A stretch of DNA of 64,000 bases, taken from contig OZ025803.1 in assembly GCA_964019425.1 (NCBI GenBank), positions 372,001 through 436,000 on the forward strand. The letters are read 5' to 3'. A model generated the notes under the pieces. That model was not told the DNA's origin. It worked only from the letters and a program-made list of their open reading frames with translations, and did not search any database. This stretch comes from Flectonema sp. DT1601 (lineage: Eukaryota). Position numbers and translations under genes: made by a program. Below, one piece after another: positions 41,201 through 54,344 of the stretch (its first letter is position 1; every line of letters starts with the position of its first letter).

Positions 41201-44200
41201 GTCAGTATTACTCTCTCACAGTAACACTGATAAGGTCAGTATTACTCTCTCACAGTAACACTGATAAGGTCAGTATTACTCTCTCACAGCAACACTGATA
41301 AGGTCAGTATTACTCTCTCACAGTAACACTGATAAGGTCAGTATTACTCTCTCACAGTAACACTGATAAGGTCAGTATTACTCTCTCACAGTAACACTGA
41401 TAAGGTCAGTATTACTCTCTCACAGTAACACTGATAAGGTCAGTATTACTCTCTCACAGCAACACTGATAAGGTCAGTATTACTCTCTCACAGTAACACT
41501 GATAAGGTCAGTATTACTCTCTCACAGCAACACTGATAAGGTCAGTATTACTCTCTCACAGTAACACTGATAAGGTCAGTATTACTCTCTCACAGTAACA
41601 CTGATAAGGTCAGTATTACTCTCTCACAGTAACACTGATAAGGTCAGTATTACTCTCTCACAGCAACACTGATAAGGTCAGTATTACTCTCTCACAGCAA
41701 CACTGATAAGGTCAGTATTACTCTCTCACAGTAACACTGATAAGGTCAGTATTACTCTCTCACAGTAACACTGATAAGGTCAGTATTACTCTCTCACAGC
41801 AACACTGATAAGGTCAGTATTACTCTCTCACAGTAACACTGATAAGGTCAGTATTACTCTCTCACAGTAACACTGATAAGGTCAGTATTACTCTCTCACA
41901 GTAACACTGATAAGGTCAGTATTACTCTCTCACAGCAACACTGATAAGGTCAGTATTACTCTCTCACAGTAACACTGATAAGGTCAGTATTACTCTCTCA
42001 CAGTAACACTGATAAGGTCAGTATTACTCTCTCACAGTAACACTGATAAGGTCAGTATTACTCTCTCACAGTAACACTGATAAGGTCAGTATTACTCTCT
42101 CACAGTAACACTGATAAGGTCAGTATTACTCTCTCACAGTAACACTGATAAGGTCAGTATTACTCTCTCACAGCAACACTGATAAGGTCAGTATTACTCT
42201 CTCACAGTAACACTGATAAGGTCAGTATTACTCTCTCACAGTAACACTGATAAGGTCAGTATTACTCTCTCACAGCAACACTGATAAGGTCAGTATTACT
42301 CTCTCACAGTAACACTGATAAGGTCAGTATTACTCTCTCACAGTAACACTGATAAGGTCAGTATTACTCTCTCACAGTAACACTGATAAGGTCAGTATTA
42401 CTCTCTCACAGCAACACTGATAAGGTCAGTATTACTCTCTCACAGTAACACTGATAAGGTCAGTATTACTCTCTCACAGTAACACTGATAAGGTCAGTAT
42501 TACTCTCTCACAGTAACACTGATAAGGTCAGTATTACTCTCTCACAGTAACACTGATAAGGTCAGTATTACTCTCTCACAGTAACACTGATAAGGTCAGT
42601 ATTACTCTCTCACAGTAACACTGATAAGGTCAGTATTACTCTCTCACAGCAACACTGATAAGGTCAGTATTACTCTCTCACAGTAACACTGATAAGGTCA
42701 GTATTACTCTCTCACAGTAACACTGATAAGGTCAGTATTACTCTCTCACAGTAACACTGATAAGGTCAGTATTACTCTCTCACAGCAACACTGATAAGGT
42801 CAGTATTACTCTCTCACAGTAACACTGATAAGGTCAGTATTACTCTCTCACAGTAACACTGATAAGGTCAGTATTACTCTCTCACAGTAACACTGATAAG
42901 GTCAGTATTACTCTCTCACAGTAACACTGATAAGGTCAGTATTACTCTCTCACAGTAACACTGATAAGGTCAGTATTACTCTCTCACAGCAACACTGATA
43001 AGGTCAGTATTACTCTCTCACAGTAACACTGATAAGGTCAGTATTACTCTCTCACAGTAACACTGATAAGGTCAGTATTACTCTCTCACAGTAACACTGA
43101 TAAGGTCAGTATTACTCTCTCACAGTAACACTGATAAGGTCAGTATTACTCTCTCACAGTAACACTGATAAGGTCAGTATTACTCTCTCACAGTAACACT
43201 GATAAGGTCAGTATTACTCTCTCACAGTAACACTGATAAGGTCAGTATTACTCTCTCACAGCAACACTGATAAGGTCAGTATTACTCTCTCACAGTAACA
43301 CTGATAAGGTCAGTATTACTCTCTCACAGTAACACTGATAAGGTCAGTATTACTCTCTCACAGCAACACTGATAAGGTCAGTATTACTCTCTCACAGTAA
43401 CACTGATAAGGTCAGTATTACTCTCTCACAGTAACACTGATAAGGTCAGTATTACTCTCTCACAGTAACACTGATAAGGTCAGTATTACTCTCTCACAGT
43501 AACACTGATAAGGTCAGTATTACTCTCTCACAGTAACACTGATAAGGTCAGTATTACTCTCTCACAGTAACACTGATAAGGTCAGTATTACTCTCTCACA
43601 GCAACACTGATAAGGTCAGTATTACTCTCTCACAGTAACACTGATAAGGTCAGTATTACTCTCTCACAGTAACACTGATAAGGTCAGTATTACTCTCTCA
43701 CAGCAACACTGATAAGGTCAGTATTACTCTCTCACAGTAACACTGATAAGGTCAGTATTACTCTCTCACAGTAACACTGATAAGGTCAGTATTACTCTCT
43801 CACAGCAACACTGATAAGGTCAGTATTACTCTCTCACAGTAACACTGATAAGGTCAGTATTACTCTCTCACAGTAACACTGATAAGGTCAGTATTACTCT
43901 CTCACAGTAACACTGATAAGGTCAGTATTACTCTCTCACAGTAACACTGATAAGGTCAGTATTACTCTCTCACAGTAACACTGATAAGGTCAGTATTACT
44001 CTCTCACAGCAACACTGATAAGGTCAGTATTACTCTCTCACAGCAACACTGATAAGGTCAGTATTACTCTCTCACAGTAACACTGATAAGGTCAGTATTA
44101 CTCTCTCACAGCAACACTGATAAGGTCAGTATTACTCTCTCACAGTAACACTGATAAGGTCAGTATTACTCTCTCACAGTAACACTGATAAGGTCAGTAT

Positions 44201-47200
44201 TACTCTCTCACAGTAACACTGATAAGGTCAGTATTACTCTCTCACAGTAACACTGATAAGGTCAGTATTACTCTCTCACAGTAACACTGATAAGGTCAGT
44301 ATTACTCTCTCACAGTAACACTGATAAGGTCAGTATTACTCTCTCACAGCAACACTGATAAGGTCAGTATTACTCTCTCACAGTAACACTGATAAGGTCA
44401 GTATTACTCTCTCACAGTAACACTGATAAGGTCAGTATTACTCTCTCACAGCAACACTGATAAGGTCAGTATTACTCTCTCACAGTAACACTGATAAGGT
44501 CAGTATTACTCTCTCACAGTAACACTGATAAGGTCAGTATTACTCTCTCACAGCAACACTGATAAGGTCAGTATTACTCTCTCACAGTAACACTGATAAG
44601 GTCAGTATTACTCTCTCACAGTAACACTGATAAGGTCAGTATTACTCTCTCACAGTAACACTGATAAGGTCAGTATTACTCTCTCACAGTAACACTGATA
44701 AGGTCAGTATTACTCTCTCACAGTAACACTGATAAGGTCAGTATTACTCTCTCACAGCAACACTGATAAGGTCAGTATTACTCTCTCACAGCAACACTGA
44801 TAAGGTCAGTATTACTCTCTCACAGTAACACTGATAAGGTCAGTATTACTCTCTCACAGCAACACTGATAAGGTCAGTATTACTCTCTCACAGTAACACT
44901 GATAAGGTCAGTATTACTCTCTCACAGTAACACTGATAAGGTCAGTATTACTCTCTCACAGTAACACTGATAAGGTCAGTATTACTCTCTCACAGTAACA
45001 CTGATAAGGTCAGTATTACTCTCTCACAGTAACACTGATAAGGTCAGTATTACTCTCTCACAGTAACACTGATAAGGTCAGTATTACTCTCTCACAGTAA
45101 CACTGATAAGGTCAGTATTACTCTCTCACAGTAACACTGATAAGGTCAGTATTACTCTCTCACAGTAACACTGATAAGGTCAGTATTACTCTCTCACAGT
45201 AACACTGATAAGGTCAGTATTACACTCATAATTATCAAAACCATAAAACAACATACCACATCTCCGCTACCTGAGTCTGTAGTCGGACTCTCTGATGGTG
45301 CAACTGTGCTTGAGACTTGAGTATCATTGCTTCTGTCAGCCTGCGGCGCATCCGTACTGTTCCTGACTACACTTGATGTATTCTGTTATTTTTAGTTTAG
45401 TTTGCTTTGCTTTGCTTTCACTTTTGACAGCCGAGGAAGGATACATACTGAAGTCGTGCACTCAGCAACGCCACCAACCTTCTCGCCTTCGAACATCATT
45501 CCATTCACTTCTTTGCATCTGCAAACGAAGTCGTACTTAGCTCCCGGAGCAGTGTCTGGATCAGTACAGGTCTGGGTATCAACAGGACAAGGTGGTACTC
45601 CTGCTGGAGGATTACATTCATCGAACTGACAGCTCATCACTGGACTTCCGACATTCTCAACTTGGTCAGCTTCACAGGTACAAATAAAGTCACCAACCAC
45701 GTTTACATCAGGGTCATTGCATACTTGATGTGCACCACAAGGATCGGCTGCGCACTCTCCTGTCTTCTCACAATTGGCAGCACCTCCGATCTTGAACACC
45801 CCATTTGCACAGGTGCAGGTGAAGTCATCCAAGCTGTTCGCCTGCGGGTTAGGGTCGTTGCATGTTTCCACCACACTCGGATGCCCGCTCCACGCACACG
45901 GGTTCTTCGAATTGCCCTGCTTACACTCGTCACATTCAGCCACAGCTGCACCGACGTTGCGCATCAACCCGAACGGACACCGGCACTCGAAGCTACCATT
46001 TGCCACCCGATCGAAGTCGGTGCATATCTGACCTTCGCTACACGGGTTGGCAAGGCATTCATCAACTCCACAATTAGCCTTCGCTCCAGTCGCGGTGGGG
46101 CCGTTGTTCGCACAAGAACAGACGTAGTCGTTGAGGGAACTGACAGACTGATTCGGATCCATACACTCCTGTTCTTCACACGGCTTGGAATCACATTCAT
46201 TCTTCCCACACCTCGCAGGGCCATCAGTCCGATTCATTGAAGGGTCAGCCTTACACGAACAAATGAAGTCATGGAGGACATCTGCGTTGGTGTTTGGATC
46301 AACGCAGTCTTGATCGCTACCACAAGGCTGAGATTCGCACTCGTCATCGATGCACTTCGACACAGCACCTCCAGTTGACGTCACTCCATTGGGGCAGGTG
46401 CAAGTGTAGTCTCCAATCGACGCAACAGTTTGCAAAGGATCATTGCATACTTGGTTCTGACTGGCATCACAAGGGCTGGCATCACACTCGTTCTTCGAAC
46501 AAGTAGCTGGTCCGTCAGTCTTTGAGATCGACGAGTCAGATTTACAAGTACAGGTGAAGTCGTGGAGCACGTTGGCTGCAATGTCAGGATCGTTGCAGTC
46601 CTGTTCCGTACTCGACCCGCAAGGATTGGAATCACACTCATTCACTTCACACGCAGCCACAGGTCCTCCAGTGGTCACCACTCCATTACCACAAGTGCAG
46701 GTGAAATCAGTGAGGGATCCAGTAGTCGGGTTTGGATCATTGCACACTTGGTTTTGACTGGCATCACAAGGGCTGGCATCACACTCGTTCTTCGAACAAG
46801 TTGCGGGTCCGTCAGTCTTTGCGATTGACGAGTCGGACTTGCATGTACAGGTGAAGTCGTGGAGCACGTTGGCTGCAATGTCAGGATCGTTGCAGTCCTG
46901 TTCTGTACTCGACCCGCAAGGATTGGAATCACACTCATTCACTTCACACGCAGCCACAGGTCCTCCAGTAGTCACCACCCCATTACCACAAGTGCAGGTG
47001 AAATCAGTGAGGGACCCAGTAGTCGGGTTTGGATCATTGCACACTTGGTTTTGACTGGCATCACAAGGGCTGGCATCACACTCGTTCTTCGAACAAGTCG
47101 CTGGTCCGTCAGTCTTTGAGATTGACGAGTCGGACTTGCATGTACAGGTGAAGTCGTGGAGCACGTTTGCTGCAATGTCAGGATCGTTGCAGTCCTGTTC

Positions 47201-50200
47201 CGTACTCGACCCGCAAGGATTGGAATCACACTCATTCACTTCACACGCAGCCACAGGTCCTCCAGTAGTCACCACTCCATTACCGCAAGTGCAGGTGAAA
47301 TCAGTGAGGGACCCAGTAGTCGGGTTTGGATCATTGCATACTTGGTTTTGACTGGCATCACAAGGGCTGGCATCACACTCGTTCTTCGAACAAGTCGCTG
47401 GTCCGTCAGTCTTTGAGATTGACGAGTCGGACTTGCATGTACAGGTGAAGTCGTGGAGCACGTTGGCTGCAATGTCAGGATCGTTGCAGTCCTGTTCTGT
47501 ACTCGACCCGCAAGGACTGGAATCACACTCATTCACTTCACACGCAGCCACAGGTCCTCCAGTAGTCACCACCCCGTTACCACAAGTGCAGGTGAAATCA
47601 GTGAGGGATCCAGGTGTCGGGTTCGGATCATTGCATACTTGGTTCTGACTGGCATCACAAGGGCTGGCATCACACTCGTTCTTCGAACAAGTAGCCGGAC
47701 CATCAACTTGCGTGATTGTTGTGCTGGATTTGCAGGTACACACAAAGTCGTGCTGGCTGCCAGATGCCGTGTTGGGATCATTACAATCTTGGTCCATGTT
47801 GGTACCGCAGGGGTTCGTCAGAACAACACACTCGTCGATGTCACACGTTGCCGGAGCACCAGTGGCAGTCGCGCCGTTCGTACAAGAGCAAACATAATCC
47901 AACAAAGAAAGGGGTGTCTTCACCGGGTCATTACACATCTGACCAGGTCCGCAAGGGGAGGCGAGACACTCATCCTGCACACAAACAGCGGGTCCTCCCA
48001 TCAGATCTCCAACATTCGGTGATCTGCATGTGCAAGTGAAGTCTCCAGCAGAACTCACATCTTCATTAGCATCAGTACAATCCTGACCACTTCCACAAGG
48101 TGAGGCGTCACACTCGTTGAGAATGCAAGTAGCCAGACCTCCGACATTGCTTCCCACCCCAACCTGACAGGTGCAAATGAAATCCATCTGACCCGCTGCA
48201 GTGCTGTCGGGATCGTTGCAAGTCTGACTTGTACCACAAGGATTGGCGGTGCACTCATCCATGTTACCCATCGAGCAGGTAGCAGGCCTTCCCGTCTCCA
48301 TCACATTTTGGTTAGGGGCAAGGCAAGTACACGTGAAGTCTCCAGTCGATGCAGCAGACTGATTCGGATCATCGCATGTCTGACTGCCACACGGAGACGT
48401 TGCGCACTCGTCCTCAACACACGCAGCAACTGGTCCATCAACCATCCTCAAGTTCATGTCGTTGTCACAAACACATTCGAAGTCGTGCAGTGAGTTGGCA
48501 GCTTGATTCCCATCATTACAAGACTGCCCGCTTCCACAGTTGAATGTTGTGCACTCATCAGTCTCACAAGTTGCGAGTCCTCCAATGGCTGTAATGCCGT
48601 TAGCACACGCGCATGTGAAGTCGTTCAACGCAGAGAGGGAAGTGTCCGGATCTACACAGGTCTGCGTTCCGCAAGGCATCGCATCACACTCATTCTTAGT
48701 GCAAGTTGCAGGACCATCGACCCTTGTGAGAGACGTGTCTGACTTGCAAGTACAGACGAAGTCATGCAGATTGTTCGAAGCTGTGTTGGGATCGTTGCAG
48801 TCCTGTTCACTGGTTGATCCACAAGGATTGGCATCACACTCGTTGTTGATGCAAGTCATCACAGCACCTCCGGTAGCAACGACTCCATTAGGACAAGTGC
48901 AAGTGTAGTCACCAATGGAGCCGAATGTTGGGCTTGGGTCATTGCAGGTCTGGATCTGGGAAGCATCACATGGGTTGGCGTCACACTCGTTCTTAGTGCA
49001 AGTTGCAGGACCATCAACCTTCGTAAGAGTCGTGTCTGATTTGCAAGTACAGACGAAGTCATGAAGATTGTTCGAAGCTGTGTTAGGATCGTTGCAGTCC
49101 TGTTCACTAGTTGATCCACAAGGATTAGCATCACACTCGTTGTTGATGCAGGTCGTCACAGCACCTCCGGTAGCAACGACTCCATTAGGACAAGTACAAG
49201 TGTAGTCACCAATGGAAGACAACGTCGGAGTTGGGTCATTGCAAGTCTGGCTCTGGGCAGCATCACATGGGTTGGCGTCACACTCGTTCTTAGTGCAAGT
49301 TGCAGGACCATCAACCTTCGTAAGAGTCGTGTCTGACTTGCAAGTACAGACGAAGTCATGCAGATTGTTCGAAGCTGTATTAGGATCGTTGCAGTCTTGT
49401 TCACTAGTTGATCCACAAGGATTAGCATCACACTCGTTGGTGATGCAGGTCGTCACAGCACCTCCGGTTGCAACGACTCCATTAGGGCAAGTGCAAGTGT
49501 AATCACCAATAGATACCAACGTCGGACTTGGATCACTGCAAGTCTGGCTCTGGAAAGCATCACATGGGTTGGCGTCACACTCATTCTTAGTGCAAGTTGC
49601 GGGACCATCAACCTTCGTAAGAGTCGTGTCTGACTTGCAAGTACAGATAAAGTCATGCAGATTGTTCGAAGCAGGGTTGGGATCGTTGCAGTCCTGTTCA
49701 CTAGTTGATCCACAAGGATTGGCATCACACTCGTTGTTGATGCAGGTCGTCACAGCACCTCCGGTAGCAACGACTCCATTAGGGCAAGTGCAAGTGTAAT
49801 CACCAATAGAGGCCAGCGTCGGGGTTGGATCATTGCAAGTCTGGCTCTGGGCAGCATCACATGGGTTGGCGTCACACTCGTTCTTAGTGCAAGTCGCAGG
49901 ACCATCAACCTTTGTAAGAGTCGTGTCTGACTTGCAAGTGCAGACGAAGTCATGAAGATTGTTCGAAGCTGTGTTAGGATCGTTGCAGTCTTGTTCACTA
50001 GTTGATCCACAAGGATTGGCATCACATTCGTTGTTGATGCAGGTCATCACAGCACCTCCGGTAGCAACGACTCCATTAGGGCAAGTGCAAGTGTAATCAC
50101 CAATAGAGGCCAGCGTCGGACTTGGGTCATTGCAAGTCTGGCTCTGGGCAGCATCACATGGGTTGGCGTCACACTCGTTCTTAGTGCAAGTCGCAGGACC

Positions 50201-52156
50201 ATCAACCTTCATAAGAGTCGAGTCTGACTTGCAAGTACAGACAAAGTCATGAAGATTGTTCGAAGCTGTGTTGGGATCGTTGCAGTCTTGTTCACTAGTT
50301 GATCCACAAGGATTGGCATCACACTCGTTGTTGATGCAGGTCGTCACAGCACCTCCGGTCGCAACGACTCCATTAGGGCAAGTGCAAGTGTAATCACCAA
50401 TAGAGGCCAGCGTCGGACTTGGGTCATTGCAAGTCTGGCTCTGGGCAGCATCACATGGGTTGGCGTCACACTCGTTCTTAGTGCAAGTTGCAGGACCATC
50501 AACCTTCGTAAGAGTCATGTCTGACTTGCAAGTACAGACAAAGTCATGAAGATTGTTAGAAGCAGTGTTGGGATCGTTGCAGTCTTGTTCACTAGTTGAT
50601 CCACAAGGATTGGCATCACACTCGTTGTTGATGCAGGTCATCACAGCACCTCCGGTAGCAACGACTCCATTAGGACAAGTGCAAGTGTAGTCACCAATGG
50701 AGCCCAATGTTGGGCTTGGGTCATTGCAAGTCTGGCTCTGGGCAGCATCACATGGGTTGGCGTCACACTCGTTCTTAGTGCAAGTCGCAGGACCGTCAAC
50801 CTTCGTAAGAGTCGTGTCTGACTTGCAAGTACAGATAAAGTCATGCAGATTGTTCGAAGCTGTGTTAGGATCGTTGCAGTCCTGTTCACTGGCTGATCCA
50901 CAAGGATTGGCATCACACTCGTTGTTGATGCAGGTCATCACAGCACCTCCGGTCGCAACGACTCCATTAGGGCAAGTGCAAGTATAATCACCAAGGGAGG
51001 CCAACGTCGGAGTTGGGTCATTGCAAGTCTGGCTCTGGGCAGAATCACAAGGGTTAACGTCACATTCATTCTGAGAACAGGTCGCTGGACCATCAACTTG
51101 AGTGACTGAGGTATCTGACATACAAGTACAAATGAAGTCGTGAAGAGAGTCGGCAGCTTCATTTGGATCGTTGCACGTTTGATCAGCACCACACGGATTA
51201 GCATCACACTCTCTAGTTTCACATGTAGCCTGACCACCAGTTGATACAATCGAAGGGTACATATCACAAGTACAGGTATAGTCATTACTCGAAGTAGTAT
51301 CAGGATCGTTACATGTCTGTCCAGTTCCACAAGGGTTGTTGTCACACTCGTTTGTTCCTGATGGAGGTGCTGCACATCCACTCGCAGTCTCACCGTATCT
51401 TCCAACGTTGTCTTCGTATTGGCCACCAGTACCCATAGCACCAACATTGCCGAAGGTGGCGTAGTTACACATCAAAAACGCCTGGGTGTCTTTTTGACAC
51501 AATCCACATCCAACCTTCGTAGTCGCCTTCCAAACAATCTGGGTAAAATGACCTGTTAGTCCAGTCTCAGCAGCAGTGTTGTAGTCCCAACATGCTTCTT
51601 CACTGCAGTACAATAACATAATGCCTTCTGCTGGATCCCAGTTGTGTACGTCATCCTTTCCTTGTCTTGATACTAAGTTCTCACCAAGTCTGCCACCCGA
51701 GTAGATGGGCGGTCTGTTGTGTTCAGGTACTAGTGTGTTGCATGTATTCTGGAAACCTGTGCTGCCAAGAGTGAATGCCTCAATCTCAGTATCGTAAGTA
51801 ACAGGACAGGCGCCATGTTTTGCACGAAACTCGTTGTGCTTCGCTACAAGGCTGTCAATCTGCCATTGCGCGAGTTCAGAGAAGCAAGCATCTGCAGTAA
51901 GGCCAGTACATTTTCCGGTTTTTGGTGCTGGGGCACCAGGAGGACAGCTGCATGGACATTTCCCTCCTGCGCAGAAGCTAATCGTATCTAGCATTGCACA
52001 TCCAACTTGTCTGACGAAGAAGACACACGCTACACCACCGTCACATCTATCCTGGCAAGGTGGGGTACACACATCTTGCATCGATCCGCATTGTGCGCTG
52101 ACAGAATTAAAAAATAGCAACGTTCCAATGAGGACGGAGAGCTGCAAGCACCTCAT
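38206..52156 (-). CDS. CAP + EGF-like repeat membrane protein, copy 5 (longest, about 2375 aa; 6.7-kb satellite-filled intron)
   Basis: Exons 52156-45449, 45382-45257 (type A stalk), 38588-38523 (type B stalk) and 38433-38206 (TM + tail), all phase 0. The join across intron 38589-45256 is inferred from the GTATGT donor and TAACAG acceptor, which match the paralogs. Confidence 0.8.
38827..45218. repeat. 34-bp tandem satellite, 188 copies, intronic in CAP-EGF copy 5
   Basis: Unit ATTACTCTCTCACAG(T/C)AACACTGATAAGGTCAGT; 6392 bp / 34 = 188. No spacers; one recurrent T/C variant. Confidence 0.97.
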
Positions 52157-54344
52157 AGTTTGTTGTTTAACTGTTTATTATACAGAATAGTAATAATCTC
52201 TTATAAAAAACGTCGCTTAAGGTAAGGTTGTGCTACCCGCGAGGTAGAGGTACAGTTTGTGCAATTCTTTTAGTAAAACTTTTGTCACCAAGTGTAATAA
52301 CTGTTAGGAATTATTTCACGACTCATCAAGATGTTAGTTAGTATCATTAATTTTATTATAGAGAAAAGTGAGAAGAATAAAATATAGAGATAAGTAAAAT
52401 CTATCGGAGGTCGCCAATGTTTATTTGCTTTTGTTTAATGTAAACTTTAATCTTTGACGTCTGCTCGTTTCAATATTACAGTCGAGTTATTAGTTGAGTC
52501 GTCATCCATTTTGCGTTAAATTATTTCTTCGCATACCATCGATAGTCCTATATTCGCACCCAAGCATCTTCGGTCTTTTGTACGTAACAATACAAACGTA
52601 TTGTATCATAAACAACATTAGGTATAGATTCAGTGACTAAAGGTAATGTTAGTGTGGGCATACTAACTTGATACTAATATTAAATGGAAAGCAACTTGAA
52701 CCTGTCTGAAAGGTAAATAGGGTTCGGCCAAACTGATTGCAATATAAGAGATCAATAATTGGTATCATAACAAGTCCCATATGTACTGTCGACGGGGATT
52801 CGGGCCACGTACTACAGGTTGAGGGAGAGATAGAGAGAAGGAGAGATAGAGAGAGAGAGAGAGAGAGAGGGAGAGAGGGAGAAAGAATGTCGGAAAAGAT
52901 CAAAAAGGTAGAATTCATAATATCATAGGTATTGTTATGATGTGATGCAGATTTTCGTGAATTTTATCATGTTCACGTTAGGTACAAGTACTACTGATCA
53001 GACAGTACCACGTGTATATCTGTGAAGATATCTCCTCACTAACACACACAGTACTGTCTGAAGAGTTTCTGTGTTGATATATTACATAATCAGATCTGTG
53101 GAATTAATTCAATCAAAATCAGTACGCTGTCACTTTAAACAGGTCACTTTTAGTTAACTTCTGAGGGGGAAAAAAAAAAGCTGCAAATCAAAGTAAACGG
53201 CGAAAAAAGAATTGGCTTTATCTTAAACTATACAGAAAATAGTAATATAACACCGTGATGTTCTGTTCGTGCGAACCACATTAAACTGATAAAGCTAAAG
53301 GAGGTTTACGTGTGCTGCCCAACATTCTTTTTCGTTCTTACAATACTTGTTAAATGCAAAAAAGAAAATTACAACTTCTAGTGAACGGCGTAAAAAAACG
53401 TTATCATTTTTTGTAAACGGCGAAAAGAAATTTGCAACTTCTAGTGAACGGCAATAAAAAAAAAAAACTCTCAAGCGAACAGTGAAAAATATTTATCACT
53501 TCTAGTGAACAGAAAAAAGAAAAATCATCACTTTTGGCGAATTGCGAAAATGACATTATCAGGCACCCCCCCCCCCCCCAATAGAGAAAATCTCTAATAT
53601 AAATAATATTTATATACAACACAAAAAAACCATCGAAGAGTATGATCGTGAATACTATCACATTCCGTCTACTAGAAGCTTCGATGCCGCCGCAAGTCTT
53701 TCATAACAATTAACTTTTCTTAGGGATTCTTGCTTTGCTTGTTTTTTTGTTTCCTTTTAACGACCTAATCCTTATGTAAAAAATAAATCGGAAAGGGTAA
53801 GAGGGATTTGACAATAACAACTTTAGGTATTAAAAACAAAATTAATATCAAGTACTTGACCCAAAAATATTTGTAGGGTGTTAAAAAGAGATAAGTTCTT
53901 TTTTTTATCATACTTATTACATAACGAAAATTTTAAAAAAAATAGGTTTTACTGTTTGAGCCATACCTATATATAGAATGATATAAATATAAGGGAATAA
54001 TTAATTACGTTGGTAATATTCTTTATTGTGAAAAACAACAAAAAAAACAAACAAAAAAAAAACCCTGAAACGCACTATATGTGACGCAGGGTCTATATCA
54101 ACAGTTTGCATAATAAAATACATATTTAGGGAAGCAAAAAAAACATTATATAATTACGCATTCAAAAACAACAGTTGCAAGAATGCAAACTAACGTTACG
54201 GATTCATCACTAATTTGCGAACATTACTGTCGCAGAACAAATTGAATTGTTCTCAGTGATTTGTTGATTCACAGGTCTTTTGCAAAGCAAATAAAATAAA
54301 TGATTCTCAGTACGTGTATTTCAGAATTTCATGGGTCAGGTTTC

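Noticed and set aside
38827..45218. CRISPR array (34-bp palindromic repeats)
   Set aside because: Repeats abut with no unique spacers, there are no cas genes, and the context is a eukaryotic intron.
8811..52190. Many short plus-strand and alternate-frame ORFs over the CAP-EGF genes
   Set aside because: They are shadows of repetitive coding sequence that recur with the 297-bp period and have no independent features.
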